From positions 288,362,001-288,426,000 of the forward strand of contig OZ024743.1 of assembly GCA_964016885.1 (NCBI GenBank): a stretch of 64,000 bases of DNA, read 5' to 3'. The notes beneath the pieces were generated by a model. It was not told where the DNA came from and did no database searches. It saw only the letters and a program-made list of their open reading frames with translations. A program made the translations under genes and the position numbers. Source of the DNA: Eledone cirrhosa (lineage: Eukaryota). Shown in pieces: positions 1 to 15,582 of this stretch (the first letter of the stretch is position 1; every line of letters begins with the position of its first letter).

Positions 1-506
1 ATATAAGTAGAAAGAAAGCAGCGACAGAGTTAAGTGAACAGCCGATACGAGAGAGCAAATTCTGCCTTTTGTTGGTAGGTGAAATATGAAATAGAAGGAG
101 GGGGGTAGGGGGAGGGGGCATGAGAAAGAGGCGGTGAAGGGGGAGTAGACGACGATGACGACGTCGAAGAAGAAGAAGAAGAAGAAGAAGAAGAAGAAGA
201 AGAAGAAGAAGAAGAAGAAGAAAGGGATACAAACAACGTTTTCTACAAAGAGATCGCAATTGTTTGATTCCCCCCAAAAGTAACAATTGATTTAAGTAAA
301 CATGAAGTTCCATTCCAGTACGCCCTGGATATACTCTGTGGTGTGACATTCATGATTTTCTCAAAGGTGTCAGCAATAGAGGAGAATTTGATTTCAAGTA
401 CTAAATTCCATTCCGGCTTTCTGACAATTTCGTCATTCCTTCTCCCAACGATATCATTCTCTCTCACAGACAAAACATAACAGAATATAAGGTGGCACTG
501 ACTTTA

Positions 507-780
507 ATTAACTCCTTTCATACTCATGACCGCCGAAAATCGCCCTGGTTCTATAGTATAAAACTATTTGTTTTAAACATTTTAAACCATTTATATTTAC
601 CTAAAAACTGTCCATCAAAGTTTTATGATCACATATTTGTTAAATTTTATTTCAAACAACTATTTGATAATGAGAAAGTTAGTTATATTACTAAATCCTT
701 CCATTTCCTTGATTATATTCAAAACATGTGAAAATCATAGACATTGTCTTTCATTAGAAATGTGATAACGAATGGTTTAA
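507..780 (+). mobile_element. TTAA-flanked non-autonomous DNA element (piggyBac-like MITE)
   Basis: ttaactcctttcatac...ccgccgaaaatcgcc...gataacgaatggtttaa. Related copies at about 10040-10300 (+), 24570-24820 (+) and 54720-55020 (-, ending gaaagggttaa). Confidence 0.45.
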
Positions 781-1251
781 ATGTGCGAGTGTGTGTTTGT
801 GTGGGTGCGTGTGTGGTTGCACGTGTATATGTGTATGTATGTGTGTGGACCTCACTATATTCATGGTATTCATTTAACGGAACTGCCAACGTATTTTGAC
901 AGTTTTTCAAATATTTTGTCACGGAGGGAACAGCTGTACCAATGGCCTTTTTCAAGGCCTCGGACTCTTGAATGCTTGCAACCGCAAGGTGTTCTTCGCC
1001 ACTTTCTAACAACTGGTTCTCTAACTCTAACCACCTCTCTCTCTTTCCTTACTTTCCCCTCTCTCTCTGATTTGGGTTCCAATTCAGTCCAACGTTTTAT
1101 TAACTTTTCTCATTACTGTTCTTTCAACGTCATCATACTTCATGTGTGTTTTCTTGTAAATTCTCTCATCAGTTCCACCGCTATTCTTCTCTACCACATC
1201 TTACCCCTACTACAAGTAAACACACGCGTTTGCACACACACACATACACAC

Positions 1252-1341
<90 letters not shown>

Positions 1342-1739
1342 TTGTGTTTGTGTTTGTGTATGTATGCGCTTCTATGTATATATGTAAGTATGTGCATTTG
1401 TACGAAAGCATGTAGGGAATCAATATATAAAATGGCCGATGGTATAATCTAAGTTCAGCCTCGTTTTGAATTATCTCATGAGATTTGATTCCTTTCTTTC
1501 AAAAACGACACACACACAGTAATAAAACCTATTATGTTGCATTCTCTACGTTTCTTTTCACCATCTACTGTTATTTCCTCCACCGTACACAACTACTCAA
1601 TTTACTCTTCTAGTCCGTTATTGCCTATTCCTTAACTATTTAATAAATACTTTTCTACCTACTTCATTTGTAGCTTGGCTTCTCCTTCCCTCCTCTTGTT
1701 CTCCTCCTTCCTCCTTCTCTGTTTCTGTCTATGTATTTA

Positions 1740-3442
<1,703 letters not shown>

Positions 3443-5473
3443 CCCTCTCTTTCCTAGTCGTTTAGTTGGTCCGTGTGTAAGACAACACCTATAAATCAGA
3501 ATTATAGACGAAACATTATTTTCTCTATTCTAAATGATTACATGAGAAGATTGCAAGAAGAGGTCAAAATCAATTGCTTGCTACAATATAAATACTCAGA
3601 GAAAATTTCAAATTACCATTCCTTAATGAAAAGTTCCTGCTTTTAAAACTTTTCCTACTTCCATTAACTTGTCTATTGTTTCAAACATGACGCCATATTG
3701 GCAGTTCATTTCTCCACCCACAGCCATTAAATTTCTCTATCCTTGTATGTTTTCTGCAAACTGTTTGTTGACACTCACTCTTTCAAAACCTCACCACTGC
3801 TTTTTTCACTGAAATTCTGATACATCTTCGATGAAGATTTTATCCAAATTATTTCTTTAAATGTGCAATTTGTTTTAATTCTCTCATTCAAATGTATTCT
3901 TCAAATAAACTCATTCAGTATTTTCCTTCAAACGCATTATATCATTGACACCTTTTTTACCACCTATTCAGGGAACGAGGGATTGTGCGCATGATTCTAT
4001 GTGGGTTCTCTAAGATTGGTTAAAGGGAGAGAAAGAGTAATATAGGTTTCGGTAATTCTGATCGGAATGCTTCCAACAGAAGGGACTCTTCTAAAGCATT
4101 GGAGCATTAAATGAAGCGAGGTATTTAGTAGGACTACAGTGGGATTTAAACTTAGAACACGAAAATCTGGGACAATTACCGCAAGGAATCACATCCTACG
4201 CTCTAATAATTCTGCCATTCCACTGCCCCAGACAAGTAGTTTATTTTATTGACGCCGAAATGATGAAAAGAATAGTTGAACTCAGCTGGATATGAAGTCA
4301 TAGCGTAGAGAGCGGGAACAAATACACCTACTCTCTAACCTCTCGACAACACAAAATGTCAATTCTCAATATCTTGCTTCCAATTCACTTACTTATTTTT
4401 TTCTCTAAACACATCTTTGACACTCAGTCTTTCAAAACGTTTCGTTTTACCAAGCATAGGATATTACAAGTTAGATGAATAACTAGTAAGATTATTATTG
4501 CAATCAGTAATCGATACTTTAATGAAAGAATAGAATAGATATTATTTGTTATATGTAAAGATGGCGGTCAAGCTTGAGTCGTTTTTGATAGTTGAAATAA
4601 AATTCATATAGTATCAAAATCAATCACACAACTTCACCAAACTACTTATTCAAATTCGATCTTCCAATATTCCATTTCTTTTTTCTTCAAATTCAATCAT
4701 CCAATTTTTCTCTTTTATATTTATTATTTCCATTATTTCCATTTATTGATGTATTCAAACGGTTTCCTATAAACCCTTTCTTTAAAATTGATTTGTCCAT
4801 AATTTCTTGTTCTGTTTTTATACATTCCGTTTTCATTGTCTTTGTGTCAATTTCTCCAAAAGTCCATAAATTAATTTATTCAAAACAACTTTGGAGTTCT
4901 CTGTGGTGTTTACTTACAAAGTGATTTTTATGAAACTCGATGATTCATACGCTAAGATTCCTCGCACACACTTTGTCAAACATTTATCTTTTAATGAATT
5001 AGTTGAAAATGAAATAGTTGCAAATATTATAGATTATTTTCTATTGAGCTTTGTGAAAATAAGCAACCAAACAAAAAATAATAATAATTAGAATAAGTAT
5101 GTTTTGTAGCTACAAGGCTATCCATGTATATTAAAAATCCTTCATCAATGTCCTGAAAATAAGCCCTTTAAAATTCAGATTAAAGAATACGCTACTGTCG
5201 CACCATCTGATCTGACGGTTTTAGGATACAAAAAAAAAAAAAAATGAAAAAGAAAAAAATGAATTCACGGTAAAAAAAATAAATGGGTATATCCATTATT
5301 TGTGACAAATTACTCAGTTGCGCTGGGGACACTGTTATCCGAATATTTGTGACAATATGTTTTTTTTTGTTTTATCTTATTTTTATTGTTGTATCTGATT
5401 ATTCTACGCAGAGATCTGTAAAAACAATCAGGAAAGGAATTCCATAGAGGTACGTGAAAATACACACCTGCTT

Positions 5474-5538
<65 letters not shown>

Positions 5539-5543
5539 AAACC

Positions 5544-5574
<31 letters not shown>

Positions 5575-5755
5575 CCAAAAAAAAAATATATATATATATA
5601 TATAAAACACGAGAAGAAAGAATAACATGAGAAAAATAAATATATACACACACACACACATATATGCGTGTGTGTGTGTGCGTGTATCTGTCGCTACGTT
5701 TTGCATACACGCAGACAGACATACACATATATATGAATATACATACAAATTTTTA

Positions 5756-5823
<68 letters not shown>

Positions 5824-6324
5824 CGTGTGTGTGTTTGCATATATATAATAAATACCGGAAATGGTATATATATATATATATATATACTTGTAGGTATGTA
5901 TGCGTAAGAAGTTTGCAATTTATGTCCGCAGTATAGAAAATATAGTTTGCTGAGGGTGTATGTGTGCGTGCGTATATGTGTGTGCATTTGTGTGTATGCG
6001 CGTGCTGGCGAAAGCGCATAGAACTTGTGTAATACAGAAAGGTAAGTGACTATAGTCATATGAGAGTATTTCGTAGAAAATTTCTCGGATATATGTTTGA
6101 GTACTTATCCATAGAATCTGAATTAGTAAAGACATTGGAGCGTCAAATAGAATGTTTTGTGCTATTTGTTCCTGCATTTTGCGTTCAAATCACGGAGACA
6201 TCAAATTTGTATCGCATACTTTCCGGGTCGATAAACATAATTACTGGGATTGATTTTACTGTCTTTTTTTCTGTCTGTCTTTCTGTCTTGCGCTATATCT
6301 ATCTGTCTAATATATATATACATA

Positions 6325-6424
<100 letters not shown>

Positions 6425-6520
6425 AGGATATATATATAGATATATATATATGTATGTATAGATATATGTATGTATGTATAGATATATGTATGTATATATA
6501 TATATGTATGTATATATATA

Positions 6521-6569
<49 letters not shown>

Positions 6570-6692
6570 ATATATATATATATATACACATATATGTATA
6601 CATACATATATCTATACATACATATATATATACACATACATGCATATATATGCATACATATATACATACATATATATACACACATAAATATA

Positions 6693-6739
<47 letters not shown>

Positions 6740-6743
<4 letters not shown>

Positions 6744-6951
6744 AACCAGTAAGACCCCGACAGCTGAGCTCAAGCCGTTTCGACGGCTAATTCTGGACTC
6801 GAATTCTGGACTCGAGTCCAGAATTAGCCGTCGAAACGGCTTGAGCTCAGCTGTCGGGGTCTTACTGGTTCCTATTACCCACTCTACTACCTCAAGTATT
6901 GAGTACTTTGGTGCGTTATGGTCCACCCGGTTCCTTACCACATTTCCTTCG

Positions 6952-6953
<2 letters not shown>
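6740..6953 (+). mobile_element. (TA)n-embedded element end with inverted 5' part; contains the 3' half of a hammerhead
   Basis: Arms about 6740-6800 and 6813-6873 are reverse complements. The sense part has AGCCGTC-GAAA-CGGCT(TGAGCTC)AGCTG-TC-GGGGTC. Same family at 61012-61342 and 30419-30468. Confidence 0.7.
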
Positions 6954-7040
<87 letters not shown>

Positions 7041-7711
7041 TACATACATATATATATATATAAATGAAAAGTATAGATATTATTATGAGCAAGAAGCACA
7101 CAGTATTTCATAATATATATGAGTGACTATAGCGTCAAAATGGGAAAATAGTTAACGTAAGATGTGGGAAATTTATTTTTTTTATATCCAATTGAGTTCT
7201 TCACGCATGGTTAAAATTCTTGACAGAATTAATTGACCTGCGTGCATATTATTTTATCCTTTTATGTTTTGCGATGACTTCCCCTGCCCGCTTGGTGACG
7301 GCGTGAGATTTCTGTTTGTGAGACTGCTGGCATTTCAAATTTGGCGGTCACTCTAACACAGACGGGTACCATCGCTGAATGTTAATATCGGTAGGGTTTT
7401 TTTATATCGATATTGTTGGGCATCCACTGATGATTTATAAGTGCCCACCTGCATATATTCCTATAGACTATGTGTAGGCTTCTACATAACCTGGACATTA
7501 TTGTCCCAACTTGTAGAAAATTTATAATGAACCGATCGTTTAGAAGGAGGGATGTATTTAATTATGTCTCATATAAAATAATATAACTGGCTATCCGCAA
7601 AATAGGTAGAGTTAGCAACCCAAACGTATAATTGGGATTATACTAAGGTATATCCTAATGTTTGTTGAGTGAGACGGAAGTCGGTTTTGCTTAAAGCTTT
7701 CTCTGTTAATG

Positions 7712-7786
<75 letters not shown>

Positions 7787-8082
7787 CATACATATATATA
7801 CACATATATATATATACACACATATATATGTGTGTGTATGTGTGTGCGCGTGTGTGTGTGTTTGTATGTGTATGTGTGTCGTAAACGACGTATGCCCACC
7901 TCATTTATGTATATATGTCTTTATGTATGTATGTCTGACTGAAATTATTATCCTCTGTATTCTTCTATAAGCGATGAAAGCATTGATTCTTTCACATTTG
8001 TTAATTAATATATACATATATTCATGAAATTAATGACAAAATGTTTGCTAATAATCCCACCCCAGGAAATATAATTACTCAC

Positions 8083-8316
8083 TCCTACTTGTAATTTTAA
8101 TGTGAGCACTCGGCATTCCTGCGTGAACCAGCAGTCGTTCCTCTTCTGACATTGCAAGACGTTTTCTTGGAGGGCTTTCTTCGACGGCAGCTCTTGATGC
8201 GGCTTCCATCTTTCGGGTCGCTTCTTCCATCGCTCTAGAAGCGGCTTCCATTGCCAGCGCATCTCGTTCCGATAAACTACGTGATTGCAGTGGCGTTGAT
8301 GGCATACTGTCATCGT
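8083..8316 (-). CDS. ARID3: ARID3 internal exon, C-terminal region before REKLES-beta
   Basis: GC-richer island. Acceptor ttcccacAG, donor A|GTGAGT. Phase 1 matches the upstream exon (G|AC). Translates DDDSMPSTPLQSRSLSERDALAMEAASRAMEEATRKMEAASRAAVEESPPRKRLAMSEEERLLVHAGMPSAHIKITSR. The HIKITSR end resembles the segment before REKLES-beta in Dri proteins (from memory); PPRKR is a possible NLS. Confidence 0.8.
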
Positions 8317-8339
8317 CTGTGGGAATAATAATGATAATA

Positions 8340-8553
8340 ATAATAAAAAAAAAATGATAATGGTTTCTTATTAGCCACAGAGGGCTTACATTAAGAGAAC
8401 ATTAAAGAAAGTACAGAATGGTACAATGTGGGTTTTTTGTATGGGAGAAAGTTTTATAATGAAGACTAAAAAAACGTACATTTAAATATCAAAACCACAA
8501 ATTCCCCCCTAAATGAGGATACCTCCGAGGACCACTCGCGGAGAAAGCCCACA
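8340..8553 (-). mobile_element. Tx1/L1-like LINE 3' UTR, related subfamily
   Basis: ggtttcttattagccac..gggcttac...gaggatacctccgagg is shared with 51170-51330; in (AAT)n. Confidence 0.55.
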
Positions 8554-8578
8554 AATAATAACAATAATAATAATAATA

Positions 8579-8762
8579 ATTGTTTCTACTTTTTGGCACA
8601 AGGCCAGCAATTAACCAGTACATTACTGGTACTTTATTTTATCGACCCCGTAAGGATGAAAGGCAAAGTTAACCTCGACAGGATTTGAACTTAGATCGTT
8701 AAGGGACGTAACTATGCTGCAAAGCATGGTGTCTAACCCTCTACCGATACTGCCAATTCACC
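8579..8762 (-). mobile_element. tRNA-derived SINE, family A
   Basis: Sense strand has A-box TGGCAGTATCGG, B-box-like GTTCAAATCC, central GCCTTTCATCCTTACGGGGTCGATAAAATAAAGTACCAGT and 3' end GTAGAAACAATTATT. Confidence 0.8.
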
Positions 8763-8787
8763 TTACCCGAAATAATAATAATAATAA

Positions 8788-9058
8788 TGGCCAGCAATTT
8801 TAGGAGAGAGGAAAGTGATTGGTACTTTCATTTATCCACCCCGTAAAGATGAAAGGCAAAGCTAACCTCAGTGGGATTTGAACCCAGGACGTAAAGGGCC
8901 GTAACTCTATGTTATGAAGCATGGTGTCCGACGATGCCAACCCACGCCATTATAATAGTTAACCTCGGCGGGATTTGAACTCAGAATGGCAAGGGCCGTA
9001 ATTCTATACGTCAAAGCATGATGCCCGACCCTCTACCGATACTGCCAATCCACCACCC
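8788..9058 (-). mobile_element. Two further partial SINE A copies
   Basis: Repeated ggatttgaac...aagggccgtaac...catggtgtccgac...tgccaa segments at about 8788-8948 and 8957-9058. Confidence 0.7.
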
Positions 9059-9128
9059 TTATAATAATAATAATAATAATAATAACAACAACAAAAACAA
9101 TAATAATGATAATAATAGTAATAATAAT

Positions 9129-9412
9129 GAGAAAATTAAACGATACCAGGGATAAAAAGGATTTGGAACTGCCATGAAATCAAGGTCGTCCTTAATTGTC
9201 ATAGGCGCACTAGGTACTATCTCAAAGAGTTTCCAAGAATGGTTAAAGAAAATTAGTCCAGCCCCGCTTTTTGGAACACTTCAAAAGGCATGCTTGCTGG
9301 GAACAGCAAGAACACTTCGATACGTCCTGAATATCCGAGGCTGCAGGTAGCGGCTTGATATTCATTTCAACAAACTTTCCAGTTAAATTACATCAATGAC
9401 TGAGACTCAAAG
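9129..9412 (+). mobile_element. R4/Dong-type LINE 3' fragment
   Basis: Homologous to about 39599-39895 with a small internal deletion; (AAT)n on both sides. Confidence 0.85.
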
Positions 9413-9415
9413 AAC

Positions 9416-9478
<63 letters not shown>

Positions 9479-9481
<3 letters not shown>

Positions 9482-9651
9482 TGTTTCTACATTTGGCACA
9501 ATGCCAGCAATTATCCCAGTGCATTATTGGTGCTTTATTTTATCGACCCCGTAAGGATGAAAGGCAAAGGTAACTTCAGACTGTAAAGGGACGTAACTAT
9601 GTTGGAAAGGATGGTGTCCGACCCTCTACTGATACCGCCAATCCACCGCCC
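9479..9651 (-). mobile_element. SINE A with internal deletion
   Basis: Same consensus; between two long (AAT)n tracts. Confidence 0.78.
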
Positions 9652-9727
<76 letters not shown>

Positions 9728-10797
9728 GATTATGTTGGTGATGCTGTTGAAAATAATAACAGCGTTAACAACAACACCAGACACAATACGAGTCATTCGA
9801 CATGGGCGATGAATGTGGTATTGTAGATCACCAACGGGTGGGAGATTACATCGAATGAAACGTTATAAATGGGTTGGAAACAAAATGAAAACAAAAATAT
9901 ATAATTTACACCTCTCAAAAATAAATGGACGTAACTAGAGCAAACTATACCTAAATACCATTAGAAATAGTAAAAGAAGTGTGTTTCTTTTTTATTATAC
10001 TTGACGGCAGTATTTCGGTCTTTACTTTCACATTCCTTTTTAATCCTTTTAATAAAAACCCACCTTAATGCACCCCTGTTCTACGATACAAAAGAATTTG
10101 TGTTAAGTATTCACGTTTATCTAAACACTATCAACTGAAATTTTATGTAACATCCGTTCTTAGGTGATGCTGCAAAAAAACATAAATATTGAGAAAGTTT
10201 AGTTATATTACTAAACCACTCCAATTATTTGTTTAGTGTCAAAATGATTTGAAAATATAGAGAGTGTCTTTCATAAGAAATGTAGTAACGAAAAGTTGTA
10301 GATGAAAATATTGATGAGGGTTGGGTCGAAGAGGACCGTGTATGTTCCCAATCATCGTAGTCTTGCGCATCAAGCTACATATTTTTCTACAATCATCGAA
10401 CAGAGACAAACTGCATTTCCTTCATAAAGCGAGGTAAAATGGAATTAGTTTGAAATGTAGACAGATAGCTGGATCCACAAGCGCTTTTGTAAGTTGTTCA
10501 TAATCGCTGATCTCAATGTCCTCCAGAAGGGACTGTCCAAGATGTCCTCATCTGGGTTCCGAATACTTTTCAGGACATCGTAATTCACCAACACTAACTC
10601 ATAGAGTCATTCACGCAGGCGCGCACACACACAAACACACATCACGTATATTTAATATATGCATATATATAGATGCCCCCCACCTCTCTCTCTCGCTTTA
10701 GATATCTTTATATATATATTTGTGTGTGTGTTTGCGCGTGATTAAGTGCGCTTATGCAGAATTATGTACGCACATATATATATACACACACACACAC

Positions 10798-10829
<32 letters not shown>

Positions 10830-11188
10830 ATAAATCTATATATATATACGTATATATTTGGACCCGTAGGATGGAATTGTAGGTAGGGACGGCGTCGTGA
10901 GATAAGTCGTGTGTTGGATATTCTTCATACCTAGCGTAGTCCATCTTTCACTCAAGGTCTGAACACCGCCAATTTCTCCAAGCGAAAGAGAGGACTTAGA
11001 AAAATGATATAGACCCCTCTTATATTTTTTTCTATCGACCTCGAATAGATATGAAAGGCAAAGTTGGTTTTGGCGAGATTTGAACTCGGAATGCAGAGAG
11101 CCGGTACGAATGCCTCAACGCATTTAATCCAACTTCCTAACGCCTCTGCCAAATCACTTTATATGTATGTATGTATGATGTATGTATG

Positions 11189-11222
<34 letters not shown>

Positions 11223-11621
11223 TGTATGTATGTATGTATGTATGTATGTATGTATGTATGTATGTACGTACTTATGTATGTATGTGTGATTGTGCTTGCG
11301 CGGTTGTGTGTGTGGTGGAGTTGCATAAAGAGAGAGAAAGTTTAACAAAGGAAAGTACGACAGAATAAAAATATAAAAAAATAGAAAAAAGAAATGGTTG
11401 TAAATAACACGGCAGCCATTTTTATCTGGACACGAACTTGGTGTAATAGAGGTCCAATCAATACGATGTCAACAGAAAGTCTGTCAAGAATGTGGAGAAC
11501 TATATAGATTTTCTCACCCGCTGTGATACTTGAAAATCATGAAATATAAAATGTCTGTTGAAGTGACAAAGGACATTCCGTAAGACAAATAAATAAATAA
11601 ATAACATAAAAAATTATATAA

Positions 11622-11731
11622 TAATTGTTTCTACTTTAGGCACAAGGCCAGCAATTATCCAGTGCATTACTGGTACTTTATTTTATCGACCCCGTAAGGA
11701 TGAAAGGCAAAGTAAACCTCGGCGGGATTTG
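11622..11731 (-). mobile_element. 5'-truncated SINE A
   Basis: 3' half of the consensus. Confidence 0.75.
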
Positions 11732-14054
11732 ATAATAATAAATTAGAGAACATATTTTCTTTTAATTATTGACAGACCTAATGTTGAGGCAATGTAACTT
11801 TCTTCTTCCTTTTTGATATGCATGGCGATTACAATGACATACATGGACTCACATAAGCTGTGAACCGTCAGAATTGGTAGAGCGTAGAAAAAATGCCTTG
11901 CGGTGGGATTTAGACTCAGAACGCAAAGGGCCGTAACTCTCTGCCGTGAAACAGGGTGTCCGACGCAAATAATAATAATAATAATAGTAAACTTCATCAT
12001 CATCGTACGGAGAGGTTACCTGCGCTAAGTACAACAATGATAACACCAGCAGCAACACTACCACCACCACCACCACCACCAAAATCACCACCACCACCAC
12101 CACCATCACCATCACCACCACCAACAACAACAACAATAACAACAACAGCAACAACAACAATGACAACAACGTGTGTGCTCGTGTGCTTATGTGTGCATGC
12201 ATATATATATCCAACCTTTAGTGCATTATTTTGTCGACTCTTAGCATTCTGATTTCAACTCCCACCAATATACACTTTACTTTTCATTCTTCCTGGATCA
12301 TTATTAATTATATAGTACCAGTAATGTACTAGAATGTTGATAATCGACTAACATCGCACATTAAATCGGTGACCGTTTACATGCATTAACATCCAGTCCT
12401 CTGCTCATATCTTTTCTAGTGACGTCGATTTACAGCAGTATAAGCGAGACATAAACAGTGCCAAAGTCACTGACTTAACACGTAAAAATAAATTGAGATC
12501 TTTGATAACAATTGTTTTAATGCTATTCATACTAATGCTCACCAGTAAAACATAATCATCGCAAATTCCTTCTTAAACCTTCTTAAACCTTCTTAAACGA
12601 AGAGCAATTGTACCTGACTGTATGTTAAAATAGTTGAAATCACACTCGAACTACAAGGACTTCAGTCCAGAACATATCGCGGACTGGTTGGCGTAAGAAT
12701 GCCCTATATTACAGGAAGCCAGATCGACTTTAGGTCACCTCAATGTTTAACAACAGCTGTTATAAGGACTCATATTTCTCAGCTGAGTTGACTGGAGCAA
12801 CATAAAATAATATAACTTAATTAAAGACACAACGCGCCTCTCGGTCTGAGGATTAAATTCACGACATTACGATTGTTATCCTAAAACATTGAGCAATAGG
12901 CCGGGTACCTTTCCAGAAATATGAGGTATTCGTTAATGTAATTGTAATACCAGTTTCATTAGTAAGTACCAACGCTTCAATGCGTGATGAAGAGTTGTTT
13001 CTATATAACAAAATATTTTGATGTATAGTTTAGCCTATAAAAGTATCTTGTGTAATTATGAATGCCATGAAATTGTCTTTCCATTTCTTTGAGTGTCGCT
13101 AGTAATTATTGTTAAGATTTTGTTTTCTTTCTCCAACTATGAAGGAAGTTACAACTAATTGAGAATTTGTTTGCGTATTTCATTAACTACAACAAGCCTT
13201 AATTTATTTATCTAATTCATGTTATTGAACTTCTTAACCCATTCCCTTTTAATTATGCAAATTACCACTGACCAAAAATATTCGCAATTTTTTTAATATA
13301 TGTAAAATCCTTTGTCAATTAATCAAATCTTGCTAGAGTAGATTAAGCTAAGCCAATGAGGTGAAAAAAGACCGAAACTAGTTTCTAGCGGTAACCTTGA
13401 CGGCAAACAAAGGTTAGATTTCCGCTAAGAAAGTAAACTAATGTTATGAAATCAATTTTTTATTTCTTAATATTATATCTCCTTGTCGTTGAGAGTCGCT
13501 AGGATTTTGTTTTCGTTCTCCAGCTAAGAGGTAATTTTCAATTAATTCAGTATTACTTGCGAACATCATTCATTCCATCGCAATCCTTAAAGTTAGTTTC
13601 TTTTTATATTCTATCAAGAAGGCATCGATTTCTCAGTCTTCAAATCCGAGATAGAAAGAATGATTCACTGACAGAAATAATGATGGCTGCCACATCACTT
13701 CCTCTGGGAAAGTGAGGTACAAGTTTACGCAGAAGGAATCATCATTATTTCTCTAACTACTGCCATTATTTGTAATGATAATAATAATAACAATAATAAT
13801 AAGAAGAATGATAATAACAATAATAATATAATAAAATCGGTGTCGTTATTTTTGTTGTTTTGCTGGTTGAGGTTTAGCGAGAAGCTTGCACTAAGTAGAA
13901 TGAGAATTGACTGCTACATTTTGTGACCACCGAGTAGCTTACTGATTGTGTCATTCCCTTTATTCCTAATGTTTTTATGTTGGTGGTGTTGCCGTTGTGC
14001 GAATAAACATATCTGTATAGATGAAATACCAAACAGCAAATTTTTCATTTTGTT

Positions 14055-14086
<32 letters not shown>

Positions 14087-14121
14087 TTATCATAACTACT
14101 ACTACTACAACAACAACAACA

Positions 14122-14190
<69 letters not shown>

Positions 14191-14229
14191 GCTGCTACTG
14201 CTACTACTACTACTACTACTACTAGGATT

Positions 14230-14610
14230 TCGTTGTTCTGCCTGTATTGGATTGCTTGATATCAAGCTGCATTCCGCAGCCATTGCAACCTGGCATCTTT
14301 TCCTTACTCTTGCTGTGTCAAACAAACGTGCTTTTAGCAAATTTCGTAAAATTCTCCTTGATAGCCAGCATCTTCAATGGATCATTTAAATCTCTTACTA
14401 CTGTTCATAAAACTCCCATCACAATGGATATAATAACACAATCACGGAAATTACAAGCACATTGAATTTCCTTCTTGGTATTGGATAGGCAAATGGAATA
14501 TTCACACACAGATATTGTTATACTCAATAAAGAGTAAAGAATATTTTGTTTAATCGAAGGCGGCCTCGTCGTGTGATATTTGATTAACAGACAAAGAAGG
14601 TAAGAAAAAT
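14230..14610 (-). mobile_element. Old R4/Dong-type fragment with 5' inversion
   Basis: 14480 down to about 14250 (-) reads YQE..EIQCACNFRDCVIISIVMGVL*T...LLKARLFDTAR. 14481-14610 (+) reads LDRQMEYSHTDIVILNKE*RIFCLIE/AASSCDI*LTDKEGKK. Both align by eye to consecutive parts of the 39.4-kb RLE peptide. Confidence 0.65.
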
Positions 14611-14659
14611 ATAATTTTTCTTCTTGATGTTGTTGTTATTATGATTGGGTTCCATAATT

Positions 14660-14805
14660 ACCCCTGGGTGGAGCTTCCCTCTACCGGGAAATACTGTTGT
14701 TGTTACTTTGTTACTTGCGTTTTGTTTCTTTAGTCCTATTTAAATCCTCACTTTATTTGTATAGTCTTTAATGTTTTCAGCCCTAATGACCAATAAAGAT
14801 ATCAT
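14660..14805 (+). mobile_element. Old Tx1/L1-like 3' UTR relic
   Basis: Ends cagccctaatgaccaataaagatatcat followed by an (att)-like tail, resembling the other 3' UTRs. Confidence 0.35.
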
Positions 14806-15057
14806 ATTCCTTACTATTAACATTATTGTTGTTGTTCCTATCATCATTATCATCATTTCACATTAAATTCCTATCGCCATACAATATTTAGATATTGTTA
14901 CGATTGAAAATCATAAGCCAAAAAGTAAAGATTAGCATGTCTTCCAAAAAACACATAACGTAATATACAGGTTGCCTTAAACATTATTAATTTATTATAA
15001 TTATAATTATAATTATAATTATAATTATTATTGTTGTTATTATTATTATTATTATTA

Positions 15058-15308
15058 CTCTTTGAGTCTCAGTCATTGATGTTATTTAACTGGAAAGTTT
15101 GTTGAAATGAATATCAAGCCACTACCTGCAGCCTCAGATATTCAGGACGTATCGGAGGGTTCTTGCTGTTCCCAGCAAACATGCCTTTCGAAGCGTTCCA
15201 AAAAGCGTGGCGGGGCCAATTTTCTTTAACCATCCCTGGAAACCTTTTGAGATAGTACCTAGTGCGCCTATGACAATCGGGACCACTTTGACTTCATGGC
15301 AGTTCCAA

Positions 15309-15310
<2 letters not shown>
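15058..15310 (-). mobile_element. R4/Dong-type LINE 3' fragment
   Basis: IWNCHEVKVVPIVIGALGTISKGFQGWLKKIG...LRYVLNI plus 3' UTR; embedded in (ATT)n. Confidence 0.85.
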
Positions 15311-15351
<41 letters not shown>

Positions 15352-15352
<1 letters not shown>

Positions 15353-15524
15353 CACAAATGTCCCTCCGAAGTCTCCCCCTATTGGGGAATTTTTCATTGT
15401 TATTTTTTGTTACATCCTCTGTTTTTGTTTTTTACACGCAGAAATGCCCATTTGTACCGTCCTGCATTGTCCTGCACTGTCCTTAATGTCTACTTTATGT
15501 AAACCCTTGTGGTTAATAAAGAAA

Positions 15525-15528
<4 letters not shown>
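15352..15528 (+). mobile_element. Tx1/L1-like LINE 3' UTR fragment
   Basis: Near-identical reverse complement of about 39033-39208; (ATT)n on both sides. Confidence 0.65.

Positions 15529-15582
<54 letters not shown>

Noticed and set aside
30-1082. Minus-strand ORFs as the final ARID3 exon
   Set aside because: No REKLES-beta-like (..S.E.NG..Y.GVLFA) sequence; they are low-complexity or unrecognisable.
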